DNA of 64,000 bases, taken from Amphiscolops sp. MND2022 (lineage: Eukaryota). Made by a program: the position numbers and the translations under genes. Location of the stretch: contig OZ076409.1 of the NCBI GenBank assembly GCA_964187785.1, positions 36,892,001 to 36,956,000 of the forward strand. The letters run 5' to 3'. The notes below the pieces were generated by a model. That model had not been told where the DNA came from and did no database searches. It worked only from the letters and a program-made list of their open reading frames with translations. Below are positions 1 to 12,897 of the stretch, piece by piece; within the stretch, counting starts at the first letter, position 1, and each line of letters starts with the position of its first letter.

Positions 1-369
1 AAATCTGAGTTAACTCCTGGGCCAAGTGGCAGTTAGATGTTACTAAGTTACCTAAGTATACTCAAGTTAGAAATGCTTATAGAAATGTGAGAATTCGCTG
101 GTCTTAAAAAAATTACAAAGTTCGGGTTTAGCGCAACATTTTTGAACTTCTGCCCTCTCTTTGGTAAAACGCAATTTACTTCGGGAGTAGCGCCAAAGTT
201 CGGATATAGCGTAATATTTTTGTACCTCCACCTCTTTTTTAGTGAAACGACACTTACTTCAGAAATAACGTCAAAATTTTGGATATGACGTGCTTACCAC
301 TAGGCCAAATGGCATTTGGAAGTTACTGTTTTAATTAGTTATGGGATAAATCTGCCACTTCGCGTGTTT

Positions 370-421
370 CAAAAAAGTCACTGCTATAGTCGGCTTTTAC
401 TTCGTAAGCGCCGACTAAAAA
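370..421 (-). mobile_element. 5' end of a Helentron/HINE-like element
   Basis: aaaaaagtcactgctatagtcggc...gcgccgactaaaa, the reverse complement of the termini at 14423 and 25570. Confidence 0.55.
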
Positions 422-1776
422 CAGAGTTATCCCGAAATTGAAGTGCTGATGAACCAAAATCCGAGTCTTCCTGAATTAAAACTCTAGAGTTTTATTTTTT
501 CCCGCAGGTAGCGAACAAGACGAATTTGTGAAACACCATCAAAAATTATTCAAACTTTAAAATCGAGTTCCAGTGGAATATTTTCTTGTAATGTTTGAAG
601 TATTTATACTTCATATATATTTGCTCAAACGAAACAAAACAAGCTTGAGAGTGTGTTAGACGTCTCAGAACATTTTATAGACTTATTTTTGCTCCATCTC
701 AGAACATGAAAAAAAAAACATTGAAACATCATATTTGGGATAATATCTTTTATATTAATTCTAGCTGCAAAATGCTTTTCCTGTTGTCCTTGGTGGCTAC
801 TGAGAAACAACGAGACAAGAAGTAGCTCTAATTTGGCTGCATGAATAATTGAGCTGGCATCGGCCCAATCCAGCTGAACAGGGGAGGGGGAGCTAAAGTG
901 AATGGTGGGCGGGTGGGGGTATTGGTAACAATGTCTCATAATGTAAGTGTTTGATTGGGAAGAAAACACATTCGGAATGTAACGCCCATTGATAATCGTT
1001 ACGCTTTTTATCTGGCAAGCAATAAACGCAGGAAGCGACCACCTGCCGATTGTACTACACTCCAAATGCATGCTTTATTCTTGCCCCCCTCATAATCACC
1101 TTATCGCTTTCTAAGTCTTTTCAAGCTTCAGTTGATTCCTAAATTATTCATGTCATACCATGGCACTATTACCAATGGCAGGTAATGCTTCTGAAAAGTT
1201 ATGGCCTTGTTCGTTCTCAATCGCGATCTCTTTCAATATTGAAGTAATGAAATTTTGGAACACTCCAGACGCAATGTCGACAAAACAATCTTGGATCATT
1301 TCCATGTTGAAATATCGGAAAGAATTCATCAAGCTCAAAAAAGTGAATCATCGGGTAAAAGTAAAAATGAGTTTTTGGAGATACTTATAATTACCAACAT
1401 GTTTTAACTTTGATACCTTTAATTGGCCTTTAATTTGATTTTAATTGGTCTTCCCGGTTATAAGGAGTAGATTTTTGAATTAGAATGACTTGAATAAAAT
1501 TTTTTTATTTAGGACATTCTGATTTAGAAAATGAGGACCTAAAACACAGTTCCTAAAATCAAACTTCTGAATAGTCGCGTCTTTTTATTGCTCGAAGTAT
1601 CTATCACACCTGGGACTTCTGCTCTTTTGCTCCTCAATGAGTTTAAACTGCCCATCCCGTTGGCTGGCTCGTTCTCCTTTTTTCATCTTCTGCAAAGATT
1701 TTTAGAGGTGCTGTTTGTTTGTATAAATTCTGAAACGCAGTTTGAGTTTTGCCAACTTATTTGGGTTTTGTTCCAG

Positions 1777-1929
1777 GGTCTGGTGGTAATGTCCAGTGAT
1801 CTGGAAGAAGTGTTCCAGAGCATGTTGTCTGGAAAGATACCCCGCATGTGGATGGAGAAAAGCTACCCTTCATTGAAACCTCTCGGGGGCTACGTGTCTG
1901 ACTTCTGCGCCCGGCTCGCCTTCCTTGAG
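1777..1929 (+). CDS. DNAH7: Axonemal dynein heavy chain (DNAH7/3/12-type inner arm), third-last exon
   Basis: ttccag|GGT...GAG|gtaatt; 51 codons [51 protein letters not shown], typical dynein heavy chain C-terminal domain. Paralogue assignment is from remembered similarity. Confidence 0.9.
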
Positions 1930-2159
1930 GTAATTTACCTTCAAACTATCATATCATGAATCTTAGTTGCATGTCAATTTTTTCCAATGACTGATTCGTT
2001 TGTCGGTTTTTGGCGATCCTCCTAGTCCAGTTTAATCAAACTGTGTTGCGTATGTGAATGCGACTATTCAATTTTTTATACCGTATAAAGTGGAAATGAA
2101 ACAAGAAATATTATTTCCCCAATTCCGCGGGGTGGACGCCGAATAAGCAGTTCTGCTTT

Positions 2160-2460
2160 TTCAAGTCAGCGCGCTTCTCGGATGCTATCTCCCTATAGCA
2201 ATCCACTGTACCATACTTGCAACCAAGTGGTCAAGCAATGGTGGACTAGAAACTGTAGTTTAAAGTGACTTGCTCAAGGTCACAAAGGTTCAACTATTCA
2301 CGGTTGCTCGTTTTGTTTGCTTTTCTCCGCCAAGTGAGTCATTTTTTGTCATCGACCATACCACTAAGCTAGGGATGAAGGACTTGCTTAAGGCTCAACA
2401 CAGGTGAGCTGAGAGAGATTCGAACCCCGTGCCTCCTAAGCAGAATCCAGAACTTTTGAT
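2160..2460 (-). mobile_element. tRNA-derived SINE (CORE-like), degenerate
   Basis: Minus strand shows a B-box GGTTCGAATC (~2416-2425) followed by CCTTAAGCAAGTC and TGTGACCTTGAGCAAGTCACTT CORE-like motifs; boundaries approximate. Confidence 0.5.
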
Positions 2461-2577
2461 TTCAGAAATTTTGGTACGATACCATAATTTTTTTATCGTC
2501 TTCGTTGTCTCAAACATTTCCCGCTCTGAATTACATCAGCAAATACATATTTTTAGGGCTCGATCTTAGCCGATACA

Positions 2578-5500
2578 TGTAAGATTTTTAATTTTCCAGT
2601 AGCTTTAACTATTTGTTGAGAATAGCTCCACTACAACTCAATTAAACCCGTAGGTACCATGCACGAGACAAGGACTGGCTGAGTATCTACATAAATTTTT
2701 ATTAACTTCAACCGCAAAGAAGAATCAATACAATTGAAGACGGTGGGGGTGAGTGTGACAAGGAAATCACGATCTTTACATCTTTGCTATTTTTCCCTCT
2801 TTCAGGGGTTTGTCTCGCTACTCTTTGGCTGTTTGAAATTATCTTTTCGCTGATGAAAAGAAGCAGGTTGAACTTTAATTACTATACATCAAATAAATAA
2901 GTCGAGTAATAGACACAAATACAATTTCACAACCACGAATAATAGAATGTACTATGAGGTAACATCGATAAATACGGTGAATATTACGGCTAATACTAGA
3001 AGGCATATAACACAGACAATTAATAAGCAGGGTTCTAGCAAGGTGTTGATTTTGGTTATCCGTGAGGATAGGGAGTGATATCAGTAATATATCGAATAAA
3101 GCAACTCGCCGCAAATCTCTATCGGTCTTGGAGTGAAAGCAATTGTATCCTAACGACGGTCTTGGAGTCCAACACCTCACGCACGATTAAGAGTACAAGA
3201 ATGTTCAACGACGGTCTTGGATTCTCACCTCACGCACGATTGAACAGGGTTCGAGAACGGGTGCCACAACGGAGGTCTTGGAGTCACCTCACTCGCGATT
3301 GCAACGGTTTGTTCCAACGACGGTCTTGGAGTCTCACCTCACGCACGATTGGAACGCTTCAACGAAGGTCTTGGCGTTCCACCTCACTCACGATTGAAGC
3401 TAAGGATTTTGAAGAAGGTCTTGGAGTTCCACCTCACTTACGGCAAAATCCTGTTCCGAAGTTATCTCAACACAAGGTCTTGGAGTTCCACCTCACTTGT
3501 AGCTGCAGATAAAAATCGCCGACACAACAATAAGTCAAACTGTTCTCTAGGTTGTAACTCACGGTGTGTGTCTCTGAATTGACACACACTTCGGCCAAAG
3601 TTACTTCTTCGGCACTTTAGTCATTTACGTATCCGTAATTTGTCATCTTTCCTTTTTGGGGGCCTGACTAAGTGTTGAGCAAATCAGTTTTCCTTACTTC
3701 GGGACTGAAGATTCGTCAAAAGTACATTTTCTCATCACGAGTCGGTCCTAATTCCACCTCCTTGTCAATCATGACTGATGGTTTTACTTCGTTTTCAATA
3801 GAATTTAAGGGGTGGTGCTACTGACTCAGTGTTTCCCACTTTTGTAAGCACGACTTGAACTTCGGCTTACTGATTGACATTTGCACTTTTTGCCAGGTCT
3901 CTTTTTCTCACGCGGTTCCTGACAACTCTCTTCAGCTAAAAATGGCTGAAGGAAACAATTTTCTACAATTTACAATGACCTAAAAGGCGATTTTAATTCA
4001 TATCTAAAAAAGTCGATTTTCGTGTTACAACTTCTAAGGGCAAAAACAAGGTGTTTCGATCACGGGGGGCAAAAACCAAGTACACCATTTGAAAGAACAA
4101 ATTGTGGGCTACAAAAATTTACTCCTTGGTTTTCTTTCTATTTCAACTCCTTCATAGTGAAAAACGCCTTTAAAGTTTGGTAGTCAAAAATCACACATCG
4201 GTTTTCACGCAAATCTCAACTTTGGAGTGCTAGTACTCAGTCAATTTGAAAGATACAGGCTGGGGGCTTATATACATCGTTAGCCCAAGCCATTAGGAGT
4301 ATTTTGCACTTTAGATGAGGTCTCTATCTTTTCTCAACAAAATTTGATAGTACTTTTTCTGAAAGTAGTCATTTTCCCAATTTTTATGTCTGGACTTTCA
4401 ACTTTGGAGGCCAATATATCAAAACCAGGTCATTTTTCGGAAAAACGCTTCTGCTAAACGCTGTGCGCCTGGGTCTTGTGCGTCTACCCTGAAAGTTTCA
4501 GTTCGATATCGCCCAAAACGTGCGGCGGGGGGGGGTTAGCATTTTGGTAGGTCGACATCCCTATCGGCAGAGAGAAATCACAACTTTAAATTCTTTGGGG
4601 TTCTTCGCTAGCGCACCGCAGCACTCTATTTATTATTCTATTCACTCCTCCACTTCAATTCTCAAGTACGCTGTGAAGGGGGCGGCTATTGTGCGCTTAC
4701 ACGTTGAGTACTAAGCGATAACATGCGAAAAACGGCTTTTTAGGCCATTTTAGGGCTGTTTTTAACGTTTGCTGGCTCAGTTCTCAAAAACTACTGAATA
4801 TTATTTATTTTCCAATTAACACAAGTTAGGGCATCCATTTATCTTTAATTTAAGCCATATCCGAGCATTTTCTGACAACTGTAGCGATCACACGAAATTT
4901 TTAAACGAAACTCAATTTTGGAAAATCGTCAAAATTTTAAATGCACTTATTTTCAAAGCTTCCCCCCGATAGGTTCCCGGGGTCGCACAACGCTCATATT
5001 CTCAACTTAAGCTCTCCTTCAGATGGGCTTTTGAATGCTGAAAACCGTTTGTTGCTATCTTTTTTCATCTTCGAGAAATCGGGTTTTGATTTTTTATTTC
5101 TATTAAGAGGGGGGATTAATTCAAAGTGTGCGGCGGCCGTTTTCTTATTAGCTACGCGTACAGCCACTCACAGCGCGTTCTAATTTTCATTCCTTTCGCT
5201 TTCTGACACGCTTGGGTGAGTTGCATTCTATGCTGTTCACGCACACGGCGGAGTTTTCACTCTCGCTTACCCTCAAACACATGTATTAACATAGTAATTT
5301 GACTAAATTTCTATTCACAGTATTTTATGACTTCTAATGCTTTTTCTGTGGAAATTCGTTTCTGAAAAGTTCTTAAATGTTTACTCAACACGTAGTCAGG
5401 TCAAAAAGGAGCATTTTGGTGGTTTAATTTTTCTTATATTCGCAATAGGTATTGAGAAATTCAATGTTAAAGTTTCGTTCCGAATAGAATTTTCTTACAT

Positions 5501-5751
5501 AGGTTTAGGTGGTGGCGGCCGTCTCACTGCATTAATACGTTGCGCGGTCGCTTCATAGCAGCTAAGAATGGTTCTTTTAGTAGTCCGCGAGACTAAAGAC
5601 AATATTATTGACATTAAACAATAGTGTGAGGTACTTGAGGTACTTATTGTAATCTTTACTTTTATACGATATCGCCCCGTAAAATCTACCTTGCTGATGA
5701 ACTAAAATTTAATAAACACCAAATCATGAGCGAAAAGTCAAAAATCCTACA
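2578..5751 (-). repeat. 3' LTR (3174 bp)
   Basis: Direct repeat of 7987-11161 with only about 5 differences seen; followed on + by ttccccccc (PPT on minus). Confidence 0.93.
3123..3498. repeat. Array of ~37-bp conserved units with unique spacers (in LTR)
   Basis: 8 GGTCTTGG cores, 7 of them followed by ACCTCAC; consensus CAACGACGGTCTTGGAGTYYCACCTCACKCACGATTG; period about 45-61 bp. Confidence 0.85.
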
Positions 5752-7310
5752 TTCCCCCCCACTTGGACTACTACTCTCCTGAGTAGTTGGCTTATTTAAA
5801 TTTTATTCCCTTAGTAGGAGCGTTCTTATTCGTCAATTCGTAGTCCAGTCAGGTTGTAATGTAGCCTTGTTTCATCAACTTAATCTCTTTTATTTTGTAA
5901 ACAAGTGCTTGAAATACAATGATAACAATATAAAAATCACTTCACACTCTATTAACAATCCTCCTAATTAAATACGAAATCACTCTTTTCTTTAAAATAC
6001 ATTAAATCCATGAAAAATTTTCATTCTTTCTTAAAATTTTCCTCTTTTTCAATCCAATTTAAGATTTTGGAAAATAAAGGGTTGTTTATTAAAAAGAATC
6101 ATTTCTCTATCTTTTTTTTAATTCACATTCTTACAGACTGGATTTCTTAGTTTATTCCCTAGAATTTATTATTTATTTAATTATTTCAATTGTCTGTCCA
6201 AGCGAGGAAAAAATAGTTTTGAGCCTTTCTTTAGGGCAAATAAATACAGGGGGGTTTTAAGGTGCGTGGATTTATTCTGGGTACAATTTATCATTGTGAA
6301 AAGGTTCATCTCACGTGTAGGGTTCTGTACTAGCGCTGATAGGCTTCATCCACCCAGAATTAACATTCGGATCATCTCAGGACACATTGTCGTCTTGTTG
6401 ACAAGGGGAGTGTTGAACTTCGTCGACGGCAACGTTGCTGAAGTCGAAACACACTTCTCTCTCCGAGATCAGCCAAGTTGTTGGTTGTTCTTTCGGTCGG
6501 CATATATAACATCCCAAACAATATTAAGACACCCCAAAATTGTGATACATTACTGAAGATGAATACTTTCACTTTTCTGAATAGTAGTCGTGGAGAATCA
6601 AACTACTTCGCTGAATTTATCTGAGGCAGGTTGCAGAGTCAGTACAGCGGAATAAACTTGCAATCCCCCTTAGCAAATCTTTCGTGTCTGAAACTGTATA
6701 CGAGTGGAACTCGAATATTTTCAGGAAGGGGGGATAGTCTCTCTTCTGGATCTTCTTCAGATAACATACCGAGACTTGGTTAGCGATATTGTTTTGACAT
6801 GTCATTTCTGCGATTTCGTAGTTACGAAAGGTCATTCGCGCAAACCTAGGCGGACAATCCTCATCGCTGGTTCCAAACGAGTTCTTACTTTTCACGCCGG
6901 TACCCGATTACGTCAACACAAATACTACATTTACATAATCTTCCGACTATACTAGCGAGTCGAATTTTTCAAGCATGGAAAAAAAATTTTCCGACAACAC
7001 GAAGCACAGATACATAGAGGTTAAATACGGTAATAATTGTTTTTTTTTGAAAGTCCTTCAAATTGATTGTAGGGGCGATGACTACAATTTTTCAATTCTA
7101 GTAACTGAGGTAATGAGGTTAAGGCAAACTAAATGAAGGAGAGCCGGTAGCGACAGGGATGACACTACTTTTCGAACTCGTCACCTCATGATTGACAGTC
7201 CGAGCTTTCAGTTAATTCAATTAGTCGTGCTCGCGAACGGCTAAACGAATGATGAGCTTCACTACTTCGGATGATTCAACTCACCAGACCATCACCCGAA
7301 GACATTAATG

Positions 7311-7880
7311 TTATTTTGGCTTTACCACGTACTCGTCTATGCCAAAGCGTACTGGCGGTCGACGACTCCGTGTCGTTTCTATTATCAGCGAATCTGATCG
7401 GTCACTTTCGCTGTCTTCCTCATCTGGAGGGGGTGGAGTATTTCTACTCTCGGGTATTTCTTCATAAACGGGACATGATGATTCCTTTGACGGTTCGGGG
7501 ACATCTATATACAAGGGATGATTAATCAGAGAAAACTCTTCGTCGTTTTCGGTGCTTATCACTCGGGGAACGTCATGAAATGACACGTGCGGCCGGTTTT
7601 TATTGGCTTGGATTTCCCTTTCAAAAACCATGGAGTCGTCAGAATCTAGTTCTTCTTCGATTTTAAATCGTTTTATGTCTTTTTCCATTTCTTTCATTCG
7701 CTTATAGGCAGTTTGTTTACGCTCCTTCGCCGCGTCGGCCAATCCTACGAAGGAAAGTTTAGTGGACTTACTAAGGAGTGATTTACTACCACCTGTGACG
7801 GGGGTGTGGGTGCCGTTGGGATCTTCTTCAGTGACGGGGGAAATCTGCTGATCGTTGTCGTCGTCTCCAGACATCGTCAA
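7311..7880 (-). CDS. Only substantial ORF of the LARD-like element (189 aa); probable gag N-terminus fused to a pol C-terminal tail
   Basis: Starts ~90 nt after the PBS, acidic and coiled-coil-like; ends TTRSRRPPVRFG, like the RSxRxxPxR tail of Gypsy integrases. Confidence 0.5.
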   Translation of the reverse strand: MTMSGDDDNDQQISPVTEEDPNGTHTPVTGGSKSLLSKSTKLSFVGLADAAKERKQTAYKRMKEMEKDIKRFKIEEELDSDDSMVFEREIQANKNRPHVSFHDVPRVISTENDEEFSLINHPLYIDVPEPSKESSCPVYEEIPESRNTPPPPDEEDSESDRSDSLIIETTRSRRPPVRFGIDEYVVKPK

Positions 7881-7967
7881 GAAGAGTTCAGCAACTCACA
7901 AGGGGTGAAGGGAAGGTATGGGAAAGAAGTAAGCAAAGAAAGAGGAAATAACAAAGACGCAAAGAAA

Positions 7968-7985
7968 GCCCACCCAGGAGCGCCA
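7968..7985 (-). promoter_or_regulatory. Primer binding site, tRNA-Asn-like
   Basis: Minus strand TGGCGCTCCTGGGTGGGC, 1 nt after the LTR; resembles the complement of the eukaryotic tRNA-Asn 3' end (…GCCCACCCAGGGACGCCA). Confidence 0.75.
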
Positions 7986-7986
7986 A

Positions 7987-10900
7987 TGTAAGATTTTTAA
8001 TTTTCCAGTAGCTTTAACTATTTGTTGAGAATAGCTCCACTACAACTCAATTAAACCCGTAGGTACCATGCACGAGACAAGGACTGGCTGAGTATCTACA
8101 TAAATTTTTATTAACTTCAACCGCAAAGAAGAATCAATACAATTGAAGACGGTGGGGGTAAGTGTGACAAGGAAATCACGATCTTTACATCTTTGCTATT
8201 TTTCCCTCTTTCAGGGGTTTGTCTCGCTACTCTTTGGCTGTTTGAAATTATCTTTTCGCTGATGAAAAGAAGCAGGTTGAACTTTAATTACTATACATCA
8301 AATAAATAAGTCGAGTAATAGACACAAATACAATTTCACAACCACGAATAATAGAATGTACTATGAGGTAACATCGATAAATACGGTGAATATTACGGCT
8401 AATACTAGAAGGCATATAACACAGACAATTAATAAGCAGGGTTCTAGCAAGGTGTTGATTTTGGTTATCCGTGAGGATAGGGAGTGATATCAGTAATATA
8501 TCGAATAAAGCAACTCGCCGCAAATCTCTATCGGTCTTGGAGTGAAAGCAATTGTATCCTAACGACGGTCTTGGAGTCCAACACCTCACGCACGATTAAG
8601 AGTACAAGAATGTTCAACGACGGTCTTGGATTCTCACCTCACGCACGATTGAACAGGGTTCGAGAACGGGTGCCACAACGGAGGTCTTGGAGTCACCTCA
8701 CTCGCGATTGCAACGGTTTGTTCCAACGACGGTCTTGGAGTCTCACCTCACGCACGATTGGAACGCTTCAACGAAGGTCTTGGCGTTCCACCTCACTCAC
8801 GATTGAAGCTAAGGATTTTGAAGAAGGTCTTGGAGTTCCACCTCACTTACGGCAAAATCCTGTTCCGAAGTTATCTCAACACAAGGTCTTGGAGTTCCAC
8901 CTCACTTGTAGCTGCAGATAAAAATCGCCGACACAACAATAAGTCAAACTGTTCTCTAGGTTGTAACTCACGGTGTGTGTCTCTGAATTGACACACACTT
9001 CGGCCAAAGTTACTTCTTCGGCACTTTAGTCATTTACGTATCCGTAATTTGTCATCTTTCCTTTTTGGGGGCCTGACTAAGTGTTGAGCAAATCAGTTTT
9101 CCTTACTTCGGGACTGAAGATTCGTCAAAAGTACATTTTCTCATCACGAGTCGGTCCTAATTCCACCTCCTTGTCAATCATGACTGATGGTTTTACTTCG
9201 TTTTCAATAGAATTTAAGGGGTGGTGCTACTGACTCAGTGTTTCCCACTTTTGTAAGCACGACTTGAACTTCGGCTTACTGATTGACATTTGCACTTTTT
9301 GCCAGGTCTCTTTTTCTCACGCGGTTCCTGACAACTCTCTTCAGCTAAAAATGGCTGAAGGAAACAATTTTCTACAATTTACAATGACCTAAAAGGCGAT
9401 TTTAATTCATATCTAAAAAAGTCGATTTTCGTGTTACAACTTCTAAGGGCAAAAACAAGGTGTTTCGATCACGGGGGGCAAAAACCAAGTACACCATTTG
9501 AAAGAACAAATTGTGGGCTACAAAAATTTACTCCTTGGTTTTCTTTCTATTTCAACTCCTTCATAGTGAAAAACGCCTTTAAAGTTTGGTAGTCAAAAAT
9601 CACACATCGGTTTTCACGCAAATCTCAACTTTGGAGTGCTAGTACTCAGTCAATTTGAAAGATACAGGCTGGGGGCTTATATACATCGTTAGCCCAAGCC
9701 ATTAGGAGTATTTTGCACTTTAGATGAGGTCTCTATCTTTTCTCAACAAAATTTGATAGTACTTTTTCTGAAAGTAGTCATTTTCCCAATTTTTATGTCT
9801 GGACTTTCAACTTTGGAGGCCAATATATCAAAACCAGGTCATTTTTCGGAAAAACGCTTCTGCTAAACGCTGTGCGCCTGGGTCTTGTGCGTCTACCCTG
9901 AAAGTTTCAGTTCGATATCGCCCAAAACGTGCGGCGGGGGGGGGGTTAGCATTTTGGTAGGTCGACATCCCTATCGGCAGAAAGAAATCACAACTTTAAA
10001 TTCTTTGGGGTTCTTCGCTAGCGCACCGCAGCACTCTATTTATTATTCTATTCACTCCTCCACTTCAATTCTCAAGTACGCTGTGAAGGGGGCGGCTATT
10101 GTGCGCTTACACGTTGAGTACTAAGCGATAACATGCGAAAAACGGCTTTTTAGGCCATTTTAGGGCTGTTTTTAACGTTTGCTGGCTCAGTTCTCAAAAA
10201 CTACTGAATATTATTTATTTTCCAATTAACACAAGTTAGGGCATCCATTTATCTTTAATTTAAGCCATATCCGAGCATTTTCTGACAACTGTAGCGATCA
10301 CACGAAATTTTTAAACGAAACTCAATTTTGGAAAATCGTCAAAATTTTAAATGCACTTATTTTCAAAGCTTCCCCCCGATAGGTTCCCGGGGTCGCACAA
10401 CGCTCATATTCTCAACTTAGGCTCTCCTTCAGATGGGCTTTTGAATGCTGAAAACCGTTTGTTGCTATCTTTTTTCATCTTCGAGAAATCGGGTTTTGAT
10501 TTTTTATTTCTATTAAGAGGGGGGATTAATTCAAAGTGTGCGGCGGCCGTTTTCTTATTAGCTACGCGTACAGCCACTCACAGCGCGTTCTAATTTTCAT
10601 TCCTTTCGCTTTCTGACACGCTTGGGTGAGTTGCATTCTATGCTGTTCACGCACACGGCGGAGTTTTCACTCTCGCTTACCCTCAAACACATGTATTAAC
10701 ATAGTAATTTGACTAAATTTCTATTCACAGTATTTTATGACTTCTAATGTTTTTTCTGTGGAAATTCGTTTCTGAAAAGTTCTTAAATGTTTACTCAACA
10801 CGTAGTCAGGTCAAAAAGGAGCATTTTGGTGGTTTAATTTTTCTTATATTCGCAATAGGTATTGAGAAATTCAATGTTAAAGTTTCGTTCCGAATAGAAT

Positions 10901-11161
10901 TTTCTTACATAGGTTTAGGTGGTGGCGGCCGTCTCACTGCATTAATACGTTGCGCGGTCGCTTCATAGCAGCTAAGAATGGTTCTTTTAGTAGTCCGCGA
11001 GACTAAAGACAATATTATTGACATTAAACAATAGTGTGAGGTACTTGAGGTACTTATTGTAATCTTTACTTTTATACGATATCGCCCCGTAAAATCTACC
11101 TTGCTGATGAACTAAAATTTAATAAACACCAAATCATGAGCGAAAAGTCAAAAATCCTACA
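7987..11161 (-). repeat. 5' LTR (3175 bp)
   Basis: TG...CA ends; near-identical to 2578-5751. Confidence 0.93.
8532..8907. repeat. Second copy of the repeat/spacer array (5' LTR)
   Basis: Same sequence as 3123-3498. Confidence 0.85.
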
Positions 11162-11492
11162 ATACACTACAAAACTTTCACAAAATTTAAGAAAACTTAT
11201 CACACTTTTTGTTTTTTTTTGGTTAATTAAGCACTTTGAATGAAAAGTTTTTCGATTTTTAAAAATTAATAAACATGCATAATAGCTGAGTTTTGCTGTC
11301 TTACCCTGAAAGTCACCATTTTGCTATTTTAAGACCTTCAATTTCAGTCGTTTTTTGAACCACCCTTATCTCAAAAATAAAATTATTTATTTCGAAAAAT
11401 TGCAACAGCTTGTTACTTGAGAAATTGCCCTGTATGAATTATTAGTCGTAGAGACGCATCATGAAACTAACACTTGAATTAATTTTTTACAG

Positions 11493-11774
11493 GATTGGTA
11501 TGAGAATGGACCCCCCGTGGTGTACTGGGTGTCTGGGTTCTATTTCACCCAGGCTTTCCTCACAGGGGTTCAACAGAACTACGCCAGGAGATACACAATT
11601 CCCATCGATCACCTCATTTTCGATTTCGAGGTCATGGACGACAAGGAGTACAAGCAGCCCCCGCCAGATGGCGCCTATGTCAAGGGGCTGTTCATGGAGG
11701 GTGCCCGCTGGGACAGAAAAGTGCGCAAGATCAACGAGTCCAATCCCAAACAGTTGCATGACGTCATGCCTGTG
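11493..11774 (+). CDS. DNAH7: Axonemal dynein heavy chain, penultimate exon
   Basis: tttacag|GAT...GTG|gtgagt; [39 protein letters not shown]...[10 protein letters not shown]; phase 0 at both ends, in frame with both neighbours. Confidence 0.92.
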
Positions 11775-11795
11775 GTGAGTCATACTTGGGTTCTT

Positions 11796-12152
11796 CAGGG
11801 TTTTGACATCGCTATTTTATTTCGCTGATTGCTAAACCGATAATTCCGAATTAGCTATTTCGCTGAAATTTTTTTCCAAACTATTGGTGTTTGTTTTTAA
11901 GTATATTTTGAAATTAAATGATAACTTTGCAATTACTTTTGTAAAACCCACGAATTATGAAAAATCAAAACCAAAAGTTGAACTTTTCGAACTTTTTGAA
12001 ATTCATTTGTAACTCCGTGAACGATTCTAAGTTGGTTTTGATTTTGGACAATTTATTTGTTGTCGCAAATTTGAATCGCTGATGAAATCGCTGAAAAATT
12101 CCCGTGAGGTCGCTAATTCGCTAAATCGCTAATAAGCGGTGTCAAAACTCTG
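11796..12152. mobile_element. MITE
   Basis: TIRs CAGGGTTTTGACATCGCT / AGCGGTGTCAAAACTCTG; CTT on both flanks; second copy (left end clipped) at ~17082-17433. Confidence 0.7.
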
Positions 12153-12897
12153 CTTGGATTAAAAGTGAATAACAGAAGATCATGATACTTGTGCCCGGAG
12201 TGTGTTGCGGTTATTGCAACCGAGATCGTTTGAAATAAACACCATTCCACCAATCTTGCTTGGCTTTGGCCGTCCAGGATAATAATGCCGTTGCTTAAAC
12301 CTGAATAAAAACTTTATAGAAAAAAAAACGTTTTCGTAGCCCCGAAAAGTTGAAAAATTGCTGTTTGAAGTTGTATTTTGGCATTTTGAAACGAGCAAAC
12401 GTCTACTTTTTTGAATAGGGAGATTCAATGTACAAAGCAAACAACTAACATCAAAATATTTCTCAACTTGAGTCGGTCGACATACATTTGTTTCTGCACT
12501 TGATATCATCATTCGTTATTGCACAAATTTAACAATTATTTCGAATATGTTGAATAATAATATTTGAATTATGATTTATATATATATTTTAGAAACTGCT
12601 TGGAAGTTTTACAAAATTTTTCCATGCAGGGTCCCTGAATTTTCCATGTTTTATAAAAAATTAGCCTGCATGCATGAATGCAGCTTGAAAAACTTGCCGG
12701 CAGATTCGACTAGGGTACTCATTTTATGATACTAATTCTTTTTAATTTTGCCGCGCCACAGTATTTATGTAGGTCGTAACGTTTACAGTTACACGTGTAG
12801 TTTGGAAGAAAATTTGCCATGAGGTCACCAATTTTTTCTTTTTGCTTATACTTGGAAAGCGGGGAGTCAAAAAGTTGATGCATGTATGTTTTTGAAG

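Larger units (their letters stand above)
2578..11161 (-). mobile_element. Non-autonomous LTR retrotransposon (LARD-like) in the dynein intron
   Basis: 5-bp TSD ATACA (2573-2577, 11162-11166); LTR termini TGTAAGATTTTT...AAAAATCCTACA; PBS next to the right LTR and PPT next to the left LTR on the minus strand; no RT or integrase in the 2.2-kb interior. Confidence 0.93.

Noticed and set aside
625..1390. ORFs in the upstream dynein intron
   Set aside because: No recognisable similarity or convincing splice context
1588..1776. N-terminal part of ORF 1588-1959 as coding
   Set aside because: Intronic read-through upstream of the splice acceptor at 1776
2395..2460. tRNA gene
   Set aside because: Only a B-box is evident, with no cloverleaf; adjacent CORE-like motifs indicate a SINE
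3123..3498. True CRISPR array
   Set aside because: Eukaryotic LTR context, no cas genes, degenerate repeats and short irregular spacers
3075..3582. 145-aa and 77-aa ORFs (also at 8484-8991)
   Set aside because: Translations of the repeat array (recurring RRSW); no independent coding signal
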